Positions 30,285-39,774 of a stretch of 64,000 nt of DNA are shown piece by piece. The DNA is from an uncultured Actinomycetota bacterium. Its GTDB lineage: Bacteria > Actinomycetota > Actinomycetes > Mycobacteriales > Mycobacteriaceae. Each line of letters begins with the position of its first letter. The stretch's first letter is position 1. Under the pieces are notes generated by a model. The model was not told the origin of the DNA. It did not search any database and saw nothing but the letters and a program-made list of their open reading frames with translations. The stretch is taken from NCBI GenBank assembly GCA_963750755.1, contig CAVVRW010000005.1:72605-136604 (forward strand), given 5' to 3'. The position numbers and the translations under genes are program-made.

Positions 30285-31154
30285 TCAGCGCCGTTCCAAC
30301 AGCTCGAGCAGGTAGGCACCGTAGCCGGACTTCAGCAGCGACTCGGCGCGCCGGGTCAACTGGTCGTCGTCGATGAAGCCCATCCGCCAGGCCACCTCTT
30401 CGGGAACGCCGACCTTCAGTCCTTGGCGACGTTCCAGGGTGCGAACGTAGTCGCCGGCATCGGCCAGCGAGTCGAACGTCCCGGTGTCCAGCCAGGCGGT
30501 GCCGCGGGCGAGCACCTCGACGGTCAAGCGGCCCTGGTTGAGGTAAGTGCGGTTGACATCGGTGATCTCGTATTCGCCTCGCGCGGAGGGCTTTAGCCCG
30601 CGGGCGATCTCGATCACGTCGTTGCCGTAGAAGTACAAGCCGGGCACCGCGTAGTTCGACTTGGGAGTGGCCGGCTTCTCCTCGATCGACAGCGCCATGC
30701 CGTCGTCGTTGAATTCGACGACACCGTACGCCGACGGGTTGGCGACCCGATAGGCGAATATGGCTCCCCCGTCCAGGTTTTCGAAGCTCCGTAGGTTGGT
30801 ACCCAGGCCCGGGCCGTAGAAGATGTTGTCACCCAACGCCAGTGCCACCGATTGGGAGCCGATGTGGTCGGCGCCGATCAGGAAGGCTTGCGCCAGTCCT
30901 TCCGGTTGATCCTGCACCGCGTAGGTGATGTTGATGCCGAATGCGCTTCCGTCACCGAGCACCCGCCCGAACGCCGGCGCATCGTTGGCGGTGGTGATGA
31001 CCTGAATGTCGCGGATGCCGGCCAGGATCAGCATCGACAACGGGTAGTAGATCATCGGCTTGTCATAGACCGGCAGCAGTTGCTTGCTGACGCCCAGCGT
31101 GATCGGGGCAAGACGCGTTCCCGCGCCGCCGGCCAGGATGATCCCGCGCATCAC
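30285..31154 (-). CDS. rmlA: Glucose-1-phosphate thymidylyltransferase
   Basis: [39 protein letters not shown]. 289 aa. Confidence 0.95.
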   Translation of the reverse strand: MMRGIILAGGAGTRLAPITLGVSKQLLPVYDKPMIYYPLSMLILAGIRDIQVITTANDAPAFGRVLGDGSAFGINITYAVQDQPEGLAQAFLIGADHIGSQSVALALGDNIFYGPGLGTNLRSFENLDGGAIFAYRVANPSAYGVVEFNDDGMALSIEEKPATPKSNYAVPGLYFYGNDVIEIARGLKPSARGEYEITDVNRTYLNQGRLTVEVLARGTAWLDTGTFDSLADAGDYVRTLERRQGLKVGVPEEVAWRMGFIDDDQLTRRAESLLKSGYGAYLLELLERR

Positions 31155-31160
31155 TTACTC

Positions 31161-31538
31161 CTAGTCGACGAGGTCGGCGTCGGTCAGTTCGGTCGCGGCC
31201 AGCGCTGCTGCCAAGTCGTCGTGACGGAACGCCGAGGTGATGTGGTCGTGGACAACCCGGAAGGCGGACGCGGCGGTGGAGCCGGATTCGCCTGGGCCGC
31301 CGACCTTTTGTTCGACGACGACCACGCCATCGTGAACGAAGATCCGACCGACTTCGACGGTGCGCGGGTGAGCCAGCACCCAGTCACGCAGCGCTGCATG
31401 GCCTTGGGCGGCGCCGTGCGCGTCGCCGACTTCGATGTCGTCGCTGGACAGCGCCAGCAGGGTGTCGGTGTCACCCGCATTCAACGCGTCGTGCCACGCC
31501 AGTACGGTGGCCATCTCCGATGTGGTCATGCAGAGCAA
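31161..31538 (-). CDS. SnoaL/NTF2-like small protein
   Basis: 125-aa ORF with the pattern WHDALNAGDTDTLLALSSDDIEV. The start may instead be the ATG at 31526. Confidence 0.55.
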   Translation of the reverse strand: MLCMTTSEMATVLAWHDALNAGDTDTLLALSSDDIEVGDAHGAAQGHAALRDWVLAHPRTVEVGRIFVHDGVVVVEQKVGGPGESGSTAASAFRVVHDHITSAFRHDDLAAALAATELTDADLVD

Positions 31539-31569
31539 CCTACCGCGTCCGGCGCGACAGGCAGGCGGG

Positions 31570-32895
31570 TTACGCTACGCGGCGCCCAAGGCAATGTACG
31601 CGCCACCCGGCCCGCTGCCAGCGTTGGACGTCGAGGCAGTTGCGGCCGTCGACCACGACGCGGGAGCGCACCCGGTCGGCGAGCGCGTCGGGGTCGAGCT
31701 CGACGAACTCCGGCCACTCGGTGAGCACCAGCACGGCGTCGGCTCGATCGCACGCTTCCTCAACCGAGACTGCGTAGTTCAGCGTCGGGAAGAGCCGCTG
31801 CGCGTTCTCCAGCGCCTTGGGGTCGAAGACATTGACCGCGGCGCCGTTGAGTTGCAGCTGGCCCGCGACATTGAGTGCCGGCGAGTCGCGCACGTCATCG
31901 GATTCAGGCTTGAACGCGGCGCCGAGAACGGCGATGTTCGCGCCCAACAGGGAACCGCCGCAGGCCTTGGTCGCGAGTTCGACCATCTTGGTGCGGCGCC
32001 GCATGTTGATGTTGTCGACCTCCCGCAGGAAGGTGAGTGCCTGATCCGCGCCGAGTTCCCCGGCGCGAGCCATGAAGGCGCGGATGTCCTTCGGTAGGCA
32101 GCCACCGCCAAAACCCAAGCCGGCGTTGAGGAATCGGCGACCGATCCGCGGGTCATGGCCGAGCGCGTCGGCCAGCAGGGTCACGTCGGCCCCGGCGGCC
32201 TCGCACACCTCGGAGATCGCGTTGATGAACGAGATCTTGGTCGCCAGAAATGCGTTCGCGGAGACCTTTACCAGTTCGGCGGTCTGCAGGTCCGTCACCA
32301 GGAAGGGCAGACCCTCGTCGAGCATCGATGCGTACATCTCGCGGATCGCCGCTTCGGCGCGCATCGAACCATCTTGCACGCCAAGCACAATGCGATCGGG
32401 GTGCAGGGTGTCGTGAATCGCGAAGCCTTCGCGCAGAAATTCCGGGTTCCAGGCCACTTCGACGTCCACTCCGGGGCGGGCCGCAGCGCGTGCCCGCCCG
32501 ACCAGTTCGGCAGCCGTCCCGACCGGGACGGTCGACTTTCCGACGATCACCGAGGGCCGTGTCAAAAGCGGTGCGAGGGTGTCGATTACGGCGTGGACGT
32601 GGCTCAGGTCGGCGCCGTACTCACCGCGCTTTTGCGGAGTCCCAACTCCCAGAAAGTGCACGTCGGCGAACTCGGCGGCCAGGTCGTAGTCGGTGGTGAA
32701 CCGCAATCGGCCCGCTTCGATGTTGTCGCGCAACATCTTTCGCAGACCCGGCTCGTAGAATGGAACGTCGCCGGCAGCCAGCTTGGCGACCTTACCGGGA
32801 TCGATGTCGACACCGACCACCTCGTGCCCCAGTTCGGCCATCCCGGCGGCGTGGGTAGCACCCAGATAACCCGTACCAAAAACGGTGCACCTCAT
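31570..32895 (-). CDS. udgA: UDP-glucose 6-dehydrogenase
   Basis: MRCTVFGTGYLGATHAAGMAELGHEVVGVDID ... GFGGGCLPKDIRAF. 441 aa. Confidence 0.93.
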   Translation of the reverse strand: MRCTVFGTGYLGATHAAGMAELGHEVVGVDIDPGKVAKLAAGDVPFYEPGLRKMLRDNIEAGRLRFTTDYDLAAEFADVHFLGVGTPQKRGEYGADLSHVHAVIDTLAPLLTRPSVIVGKSTVPVGTAAELVGRARAAARPGVDVEVAWNPEFLREGFAIHDTLHPDRIVLGVQDGSMRAEAAIREMYASMLDEGLPFLVTDLQTAELVKVSANAFLATKISFINAISEVCEAAGADVTLLADALGHDPRIGRRFLNAGLGFGGGCLPKDIRAFMARAGELGADQALTFLREVDNINMRRRTKMVELATKACGGSLLGANIAVLGAAFKPESDDVRDSPALNVAGQLQLNGAAVNVFDPKALENAQRLFPTLNYAVSVEEACDRADAVLVLTEWPEFVELDPDALADRVRSRVVVDGRNCLDVQRWQRAGWRVHCLGRRVA

Positions 32896-33008
32896 ACAGC
32901 GTGTGTAAGTCGCTGCAATGAGCTAACGGCATCGCTCTCCTGAGCGGGGGTCAAACGTCAGGTGACGATCTCGTGCCGACGATTAAACACGCAGGCCAGA
33001 CGGGCGGG

Positions 33009-34556
33009 TCAGTGGCCCCAGCCGCCGTGACCTCCGCCACCGAAGCCGCCATGGCCACCTCCGCCGAAGCCGCCACCGCCACTGCCGTGGCCGCCACCGC
33101 CGCCGGGGTAGCCGCCGCCACCGGGATAGCCACCACCACCACCGGGGTAGCCGCCGCCACCACCGGGATAACCGCCACCGCCGTGACCCCACGGACCTTG
33201 GCTTGGACCGCCAAAGATCGGCGGGACGCCGGGAATCGGGATCGGGACCGGGACGACCGCAGGCGGAGCTGCCGGCGCCGCCGGCGGCGGGGCCGGAGCG
33301 GGTGGCGGTGCTGCCGGCTCGGGGGCCGGAGCGGGCGCGGCGGGAGCGGGTGCCTGAACGACGGGCTCGGGTGCCGGCGCTGCGGGCGCTGGCGCGGGAG
33401 CTTCGGGAGCCGGCGCTGGCGCCTCCGGTGCCGGCGCGGGAGCTTCGGGAGCCGGAGCCGGCGCAGACGCTGGTGCCGGGGCCGCCGGCGCGGCGGGGGC
33501 CGGCTTAGCGTTGTGACCGGGGTCGGGACGGGTGGCAGCGGTTGGCCGCATGCTGACCGCCAGCGCGACCAGCAGCGCCGCGGCACCGACCACGAAAAGT
33601 GCCGCGACAGCGCTCGCCACCAGGAAGAGCGGCCTGCGGCCGCCCTCGGGCTGGGCTTCGGCGACCCCGGTGTAGAGGCCGGTCTCCGCTTCGCTCTCGT
33701 CGGCGAGTGCGGTGTATGCGTCGTCGCCGTCGGCAACCGCGCTGTAGGCCAGCGCCTGCTCACCGGTCTTGACGTCGGTCGCGGCGTCGAAGTAGCCCGG
33801 CGCGACGGCGTAAGGGTTGATGAAGCCGGTGCCGGGGTCTTGCGCGTACGCCAGGGCTTCGGTTGACGAGGTGAACAGCGGGGCATTCGCCGATGCCAAC
33901 GCCGCGCCGCGGGCCAACGCGGTCTCGGGCTCCTCGGGAGCGCTGACGATCAGGCCGGTCGCGGCCTCCAGCCGCGGCTTGAGCGCGGCGACGTCCACGC
34001 CGCCCGAGCCGACGAGGAACAGTCCGTCGGGACGAACACCCAATGAGTCCGCGCCCGACGCCAGCGCAGCGAGCTCGGTAGTCGGGTCGCCCCCTGGGGT
34101 GAGCGGCTGGCGGCGCACGTCGGTGATCGATCCGTCGGCGCTGTTGACGACGGCCAGCGTCGCGGTGTCGGGCTCGACGAAGAGCAGGCCGGTCTGGGCG
34201 TATCCCACAGAGTTGCCGACGACCTGAGCCAGCGCCGCGGCGGCCATGAACGACGACACCAGCATCACGTTTTCGACCTTGCGTGCGGCCAACGCGTCGC
34301 GGAGAGCAGCGGCCTCGACCGGATCGGTCCAGGTCACACCGATCGAACGCAAGTCGTAGCCGCTGTCGACGGCACCCTCCTGGGTGCCGAGAATCGCGGA
34401 CACCACCTGGTCGGCCGCGTTGATCGTCGGCGCATCAGCGGCCGCGTTGACGTTGAAACCGTCCTCGTCGACGGTTGCGCCGTCGGCATTTTCACCCTCG
34501 ACGAGAACCATGCGGACCGCAGTGGGTGCCATCGAGACACCAAGTACGGTGTCCAC
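33009..34556 (-). CDS. Membrane-anchored protein: degenerate Hsp70/actin-like N-domain, one TM segment, Pro/Ala-rich linker, Gly/His/Tyr tail (paralog 1 of 3; possibly DUF7159-like)
   Basis: 515 aa. GTG start preceded by GGAGGA. MDTVLGVSMAPTAVRMVLVEGENADG. The TM segment reads LFLVASAVAALFVVGAAALLVALAV. The tail reads GGGGYPGGGGGYPG ... GGHGGWGH. Confidence 0.7.
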   Translation of the reverse strand: MDTVLGVSMAPTAVRMVLVEGENADGATVDEDGFNVNAAADAPTINAADQVVSAILGTQEGAVDSGYDLRSIGVTWTDPVEAAALRDALAARKVENVMLVSSFMAAAALAQVVGNSVGYAQTGLLFVEPDTATLAVVNSADGSITDVRRQPLTPGGDPTTELAALASGADSLGVRPDGLFLVGSGGVDVAALKPRLEAATGLIVSAPEEPETALARGAALASANAPLFTSSTEALAYAQDPGTGFINPYAVAPGYFDAATDVKTGEQALAYSAVADGDDAYTALADESEAETGLYTGVAEAQPEGGRRPLFLVASAVAALFVVGAAALLVALAVSMRPTAATRPDPGHNAKPAPAAPAAPAPASAPAPAPEAPAPAPEAPAPAPEAPAPAPAAPAPEPVVQAPAPAAPAPAPEPAAPPPAPAPPPAAPAAPPAVVPVPIPIPGVPPIFGGPSQGPWGHGGGGYPGGGGGYPGGGGGYPGGGGYPGGGGGHGSGGGGFGGGGHGGFGGGGHGGWGH

Positions 34557-34686
34557 TTTTCCTCCAAAGCTGCTGCTCGCTGACCGAATGTGGAGCGGCG
34601 GGTTGATCGCCAGTAGTAGTTACTACAACGATACCGATCCGCCGGACCGGGCGGCTATGGGTTGTTTGCCCTATAGCCCGGGCGCG

Positions 34687-36147
34687 TTAGTGGCCGTGGC
34701 CGCCGAAGCCTCCGTGACCCCAGCCACCGCCACCGTGACCCCAGCCACCGCCACCGCCGCCGTGACCCCAGCCTTCGTCCCCGTGACCCCGCGGACCACC
34801 CCACGCGGGAGGCGGCGGAGCGAGCCCGGGGATGCCCGGGAGGATCGGCGCGAACGGTATCGGGATTGGGGCCGGCACAACCGCCGGCGGCGGCGCCGGC
34901 GCGAAGACGGGCGGCGGCGCAGGAGCCGGGTGGAACACCGGAGCCGGAGCGGGAACCGCCGCGGGGGCCGGGGCCGGTGCCTGCACGGGTGCGGCCACGG
35001 GAGCGGGGGCCGGAGACGGCGCGGGCGCCGGAGCCGGGATCGCTCGAGCCGGGGCCACCACATTGTGGCTCAGGCTGGGCCGGGTGTTGGCCGAGGGACG
35101 GATGCTGAACGCCAGCGAGATCACCAGTCCCATCACGCCGGTGACGAAGACCATCAGCACACTCATCGCCACCAGGAACGGCTTGCGGCTCTCTCGCTCC
35201 TGCTCGAGCCGATTGAAATCGGGATACATCCCGGTGGTGAAGTCTTCGTGCTCCTCGCCACCGACATAGGCGTCGGGGCCCAGCTGCGTGTAGACCGCGG
35301 CGGAGTCATCGGCGACGGCGCTGTAGGCCAGCGCATCCGCACCCGCGTCAGGGCTGGGCACCGCCGCTTGCGCGACGGCCAGATAGCCCGGCGCGTCGAC
35401 GTGTTGGCTCAGGGAACCGGTGCCGGGGTCCAGCGCGTAGGCGAGTGCGGCGGTCGACGACGCGAACAGGGGAGCGTGGGCCGAGGCCAGGGCCGCGCCC
35501 CGGGCCAGTGCGGTCTCGGGGTGATCGGGCACGCTCAGCGGCAGCGAGGTGGCGGTCTCCAGAGCCGGCTTGATCAGCGGGATGTCGACCCCGGAACCAA
35601 CCACGATCAGGCCTTCGGGCCGCTCTTCGAGTCCCTCGGCACCGGAAACCAGGTTGACCAGCGTGGCGACGGCCTGGTCGTCGTCGTCGGGCAACGGCTC
35701 GCGCTGGACGTCAATGATCGAGCCGTCGGCGGTGTTGACGACCGCAAGCGTGGCGTTGTCCGGCTCGACGTAGAGCAGCGCGCTGCGCGCGTACCCGGTC
35801 GCACTGCCGAGCGACTGCGCCAGCGCGGCCGCGGCCAGGAACGACGACACCAGCATCACGTTCTCGACCTTGCGCGCGGCCAGCGCGTCGCGAAGCTCCG
35901 CCGCGGCCCGCTGGTCGGTCCATGTCACGCCGGTCGACCGCAGTGCATAACCGGCCTCGTCGGCGCCCTCGCGGGTACCAAGAATCGCCGAAACGACCTG
36001 ATCTGGCCCGCTAAATGTTGCCGGGTCTTCGTCGCCGGTGACCGCGATGTGATCCTCGTCGACGGTTGCTCCGTCGGCGTTTTCCCCCTCGACCAGCACT
36101 ACGCGGACCGTCGTGGGCGCCATCGATACACCAAGTACGGTGTCCAC
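34687..36147 (-). CDS. Membrane-anchored degenerate Hsp70/actin-like protein (paralog 2 of 3)
   Basis: I prefer the start VDTVLGVSMAPTTVRVVLVEGENADG (GTG at 36147, GGGAGGA Shine-Dalgarno) to the track start 36216. The tail reads GWGHGGGGGGWGHGGGGWGHGGFGGHGH. Confidence 0.7.
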   Translation of the reverse strand: MDTVLGVSMAPTTVRVVLVEGENADGATVDEDHIAVTGDEDPATFSGPDQVVSAILGTREGADEAGYALRSTGVTWTDQRAAAELRDALAARKVENVMLVSSFLAAAALAQSLGSATGYARSALLYVEPDNATLAVVNTADGSIIDVQREPLPDDDDQAVATLVNLVSGAEGLEERPEGLIVVGSGVDIPLIKPALETATSLPLSVPDHPETALARGAALASAHAPLFASSTAALAYALDPGTGSLSQHVDAPGYLAVAQAAVPSPDAGADALAYSAVADDSAAVYTQLGPDAYVGGEEHEDFTTGMYPDFNRLEQERESRKPFLVAMSVLMVFVTGVMGLVISLAFSIRPSANTRPSLSHNVVAPARAIPAPAPAPSPAPAPVAAPVQAPAPAPAAVPAPAPVFHPAPAPPPVFAPAPPPAVVPAPIPIPFAPILPGIPGLAPPPPAWGGPRGHGDEGWGHGGGGGGWGHGGGGWGHGGFGGHGH

Positions 36148-36362
36148 AGTTCCTCCCGCTACTTTGCTAGTCGTCCGCGGGCCATCTGAGATGCACGCCG
36201 AGTCGGCGGCTAACACAGAAGGTATCGCCGCTTCGGATCGCGGCGTTACTACTGCGGACTTTGCTGTGCCCTACGAAGACGTCACCAGGAGCAACGGTCG
36301 AACGATGCCCCCCGGCCGACCTTCGGAGTTCACTTTACCTTGCCGCGCAACCCGCAACAGGG

Positions 36363-38267
36363 CTAGTGGTGGCCGCCGCCAAATCCGCCGCCAAATCCGC
36401 CGCCGTGGCCGCCGCCGAAGCCCCCGCCACCGTGCCCGAAGCCACCACCTCCGAAGCCACCACCTCCGAACCCGCCTGGGCTGTGCCCGCCGCCGAACCC
36501 GCCTGGACCGCCACCAAAAACTCCGGGACCGCCACCAAAACCCCCCGGACCGCCGCCAAACCCTCCGGGACCGCCGCCAAGACCGGGGTTGCCACCAAAG
36601 CCTCCAGGGCCACCACCGACGCCGGGGTTGCCGCCAAAGCCGCCCGGACCGCCAAATCCGCCGGGCCCATTACCCGGCGGATTGAATGACGGTCCCTGCG
36701 GCGGGCCGCCGGGAGGTGAGAGGCCCGGTATGCCGAGTCCCGGCAATCGGAGTCCCGGCAATCCGGGAAGTAGCGGAGGCGCCTGGGGAGCCGGGAGGTG
36801 CCCGGGCTCCGAGCCTGGGAATTGCACCGGCGGCCGCGGAGACACGATCGGCACCGGATTCTGCGGCTCGGGCACGTGCACAGGCGGCTGCGGCGCCGGC
36901 CAATGAACCGGCGGCTGCTGCACCGGGTCCGGAACCTGGGCGGGCGGCGGCGAGGGCACGTGCACCGGGATATGGACCGGAGCCGGGGCGCGCACCGGAA
37001 TCGGGATGGGGAGAGGGACCACCACCGGCGCAGGAGCGGGTGCCGGTGGCGCAACCGGAATCGGTGCCGGCGCAGCGGGAATGGGCAGCGCGGGAGCTGG
37101 GGCGGCGGGCGCCGGAACCGGCACCGCCGCGTGTACGGGAGCGGGCACCACCGCCGGCACGATCATGTGGTTGACCGCCGGCGCTGGTGCGCTCGCCTGA
37201 ACCGGCGCCGAAACGGGTGCCGGCGACTGGATGATGAGATTCTGCAGCGGTCGGGGCAACATCGCCACGTTAGGGCGAATGCCAAGTGCCAGAGCAACTT
37301 CCAGTGAGAGTGCGGCGGCGACGAAGATCACGGCGAGGATGCTGCCGACGAGGACCAGTGGACCCCGCTGGCGGCCGCTGTCGAGATGCTCGACGTTCAA
37401 CACCTCCTGTTCGACAGTGTGGGCGTCGGCTTCCTCATCCGGAACGGCGCTGTAGGCAAGGTCGTCTTCACCCAGCGGTGTGCCGAGCGGAACATCCGGC
37501 GCCACAAGGTATCCCGGCGACACGGCGTAGGGATCGACCGCTCCGGTGCCGGGATCCAGGGCGTAGGCCAACGCCGCGGTCGACGACGCGAATAGCGGAG
37601 CGTTCGCCGACGCCAGCGCCGCACCCCACGCCAACGCGGTCTCGGGATCTTCGGCCGCCGTGATGGGAAGGGTCGTCACCGCCTCCAGTTGTGGCTTGAT
37701 CGCGGCGACGTCCACGCCGGAGCCGACGATGAACACGCTCTGCGGTTGCGTCTCCAGTTCCGCTAAATTCGCCACCATCGCAGCCAACTCGGTGACGCTG
37801 TGGCCGTTCGACATCAGCTCTTTGTGGACATCGGTGATGGATCCGTCGGCGGAGTCGACGACGGCCAGCGTCACGGTGTCCGGCTCGAGGAACAGCAGGG
37901 CGGTGTGCGCGTCGCCGACCGTGCAACCAACCGTCTGCGCCAGGGCGGCGGCGGCCATGAAGGACGACACCAGCATCACGTTCTCGACCTTGCGAGTGGC
38001 CAGGGCGTCCCGCAGCGCGGCGGCGTCGATCGGATTCGTCCACGTGACGCCCGTCGAGGTCAAGGCATGACCGGCCTCGGCGGCGCCTTCGCGGGTGCCC
38101 AGGATCGCCGAGATCACCTGGTCGGCGGCGCTGAGCGTCGCCGCGTCGTGGTCGGTCGTGATGCCGAACGTTGAATCCTCAACTGTCACGCCGTCGGCAT
38201 TTTCACCTTCGACCAGCAGCATCCGAACCGACGTGGGAGCCATTGAGACCCCGAGCACGATGTCCAC
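36363..38267 (-). CDS. Membrane-anchored degenerate Hsp70/actin-like protein (paralog 3 of 3)
   Basis: I prefer the start VDIVLGVSMAPTSVRMLLVEGENADG (GTG at 38267, GGGAGG Shine-Dalgarno) to the track start 38345. It has a long Pro-rich linker and GGPGGFGG repeats ending GGGHH. Confidence 0.7.
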   Translation of the reverse strand: MDIVLGVSMAPTSVRMLLVEGENADGVTVEDSTFGITTDHDAATLSAADQVISAILGTREGAAEAGHALTSTGVTWTNPIDAAALRDALATRKVENVMLVSSFMAAAALAQTVGCTVGDAHTALLFLEPDTVTLAVVDSADGSITDVHKELMSNGHSVTELAAMVANLAELETQPQSVFIVGSGVDVAAIKPQLEAVTTLPITAAEDPETALAWGAALASANAPLFASSTAALAYALDPGTGAVDPYAVSPGYLVAPDVPLGTPLGEDDLAYSAVPDEEADAHTVEQEVLNVEHLDSGRQRGPLVLVGSILAVIFVAAALSLEVALALGIRPNVAMLPRPLQNLIIQSPAPVSAPVQASAPAPAVNHMIVPAVVPAPVHAAVPVPAPAAPAPALPIPAAPAPIPVAPPAPAPAPVVVPLPIPIPVRAPAPVHIPVHVPSPPPAQVPDPVQQPPVHWPAPQPPVHVPEPQNPVPIVSPRPPVQFPGSEPGHLPAPQAPPLLPGLPGLRLPGLGIPGLSPPGGPPQGPSFNPPGNGPGGFGGPGGFGGNPGVGGGPGGFGGNPGLGGGPGGFGGGPGGFGGGPGVFGGGPGGFGGGHSPGGFGGGGFGGGGFGHGGGGFGGGHGGGFGGGFGGGHH

Positions 38268-38381
38268 CGCGCCTCCCAGAAGCATGTCGTAGCGCGCCAC
38301 GGTTTTCGGCGGAGGGGACACCGCGTCCGGCGCTACAACTTGCATCGTCTTCGAGCAACCTGTGCCGCGCAGCAGCCGAAC

Positions 38382-38954
38382 TTAAGTGGACCTTATGAAA
38401 TTTAAATAGGACTTCGAGGGCGTCGGTCCGCGCTGCCCTTGGTACTTCGATCCGACCACCGCACTGCCGTACGGATGCTCGGCCGGACTGGTCAACCGCA
38501 GGATGCACAACTGCCCGATCTTCATCCCGGGCCACAACGTGATTGGCAGGTTCGCAACGTTCGACAGCTCCAAGGTGATGTGGCCGCTGAAGCCAGGGTC
38601 GATGAAGCCGGCCGTCGAGTGGGTCAGCAGGCCCAGCCGTCCGAGCGACGATTTGCCTTCCAGGCGTCCGGCCAGATCCTCGGGCAGCGTGCACGTCTCT
38701 AACGTCGACCCGAGCACGAACTCCCCTGGGTGCAACACGAATGGCTCACCTTCGCGTGGCTCGACCAGGGTGGTCAACTCGTCCTGCTGCTGCGCGGGGT
38801 CGATGTGGGTGTAGCGGGTGTTGTTGAAGACCCGAAACAAGCTGTCGAGGCGGACGTCGACGCTGGACGGCTGGACCAATGCGTCGTCGAACGGATCGAT
38901 TCCCAACCGGCCGGCGGCGATTTCGGCTTTGAGATCGCGATCGGATAGCAGCAC
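38382..38954 (-). CDS. dcd: dCTP deaminase
   Basis: [37 protein letters not shown] ... [20 protein letters not shown]. 190 aa from the GTG at 38954. The track ORF is over-extended upstream through the tRNA-like region. Confidence 0.95.
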   Translation of the reverse strand: MLLSDRDLKAEIAAGRLGIDPFDDALVQPSSVDVRLDSLFRVFNNTRYTHIDPAQQQDELTTLVEPREGEPFVLHPGEFVLGSTLETCTLPEDLAGRLEGKSSLGRLGLLTHSTAGFIDPGFSGHITLELSNVANLPITLWPGMKIGQLCILRLTSPAEHPYGSAVVGSKYQGQRGPTPSKSYLNFIRST

Positions 38955-39010
38955 GCGACGAGCGTAGCCGCTTGGTTGAGGCGCGAGTGCTCGCCTTGCC
39001 AGGCAACATT

Positions 39011-39098
39011 GCCGATGTAGTTCCATGGCAGAACAGCAGCTTCGCAAGCTGTCGGCCAACCGCACCCGCGCGGGTTCGAGTCCTGCCGCGGGCATTTC
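39011..39098 (+). other. Degenerate tRNA-like sequence (chimera): the 5' part resembles tRNA-Gly, then an 18-nt insert, a T-arm and a poorly pairing acceptor 3' strand
   Basis: GCCGATGTAGTTCcATGGCAGAACAgCAGCTTCgCAAGCTG matches the tRNA-Gly at 39988 at 38 of 41 positions. Next come tcggccaaccgcacccgc and GCGGGTTCGAGTCCTGC CGCGGGCA. Only 5 of 7 acceptor pairs form, and the anticodon would be CGC. Confidence 0.5.
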
Positions 39099-39213
39099 GC
39101 TGAACAAGGCACTTCCGCAGATTTGTTTGATGCCGGGTGTCGGCGCTCCGCTGCACCGATTGACCAATCGTCAACTCGCGTTTTCACGGCAGCGCTGCGG
39201 GTAACCTCCGAAG

Positions 39214-39774
39214 GTGCGCGCGGAATCTGTAATTGCCGCAGCTGCGGTCGGCGTGGCCGTCGCCGTTTGCTGGTGTCCCACCACTTCGGCTGACCCCGGG
39301 GCCGAAAGTCCACCGTTCCCGGTCGGTCAGATCGGCGTGCCCCTGCATGCGCGATCGGCTTACGGCGCGACCGCCGACATCACCGTCAACAGTGCAACGC
39401 GCCTACCGCCGGGGTGCGCGTCTCATTTTGCGAATCCGGCCGGTGACCCCGGATGCAGCGTGGTGGAACTGACTATCACCGGGACGTCCGAGCATTTTTT
39501 CGAGTTCAACTACGTCAATATGTTTGCCGGATACGGTGGCGGCAATCAGCCATGGACCCATCCCGACGATGCGCCCCAGGCTTCAACACTTGCGGTCGAC
39601 TACCGGAGGTTTGACAAGATGCCCCCGCTGCAATCGGGAGGCGTTCATGACGGCCAGACCGCGCATGGATTTGTCGGCTTCGTTATCCCGACGGGTAGCG
39701 ACCTGTTCGTCACGATCAACGATCCCGAAAATCCCGCTCCATACACCGAAGCGGGCTTTATCGTTCGCACCTGA
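39214..39774 (+). CDS. Hypothetical exported protein (possibly an MPT63/DUF4352-like beta-sandwich)
   Basis: 186-aa ORF with signal peptide MRAESVIAAAAVGVAVAVCWCPTTSADP. The family assignment is tentative. Confidence 0.55.
   Translation: MRAESVIAAAAVGVAVAVCWCPTTSADPGAESPPFPVGQIGVPLHARSAYGATADITVNSATRLPPGCASHFANPAGDPGCSVVELTITGTSEHFFEFNYVNMFAGYGGGNQPWTHPDDAPQASTLAVDYRRFDKMPPLQSGGVHDGQTAHGFVGFVIPTGSDLFVTINDPENPAPYTEAGFIVRT

Noticed and set aside
36400-36720. Highly periodic nucleotide repeats (ccgccaaa/ccggg.. units), examined as a possible CRISPR-like or non-coding array.
   Set aside because: The periodicity is in frame with the minus-strand ORF and encodes GGPGGFGG repeats. There are no unique spacers and no cas genes in the window.
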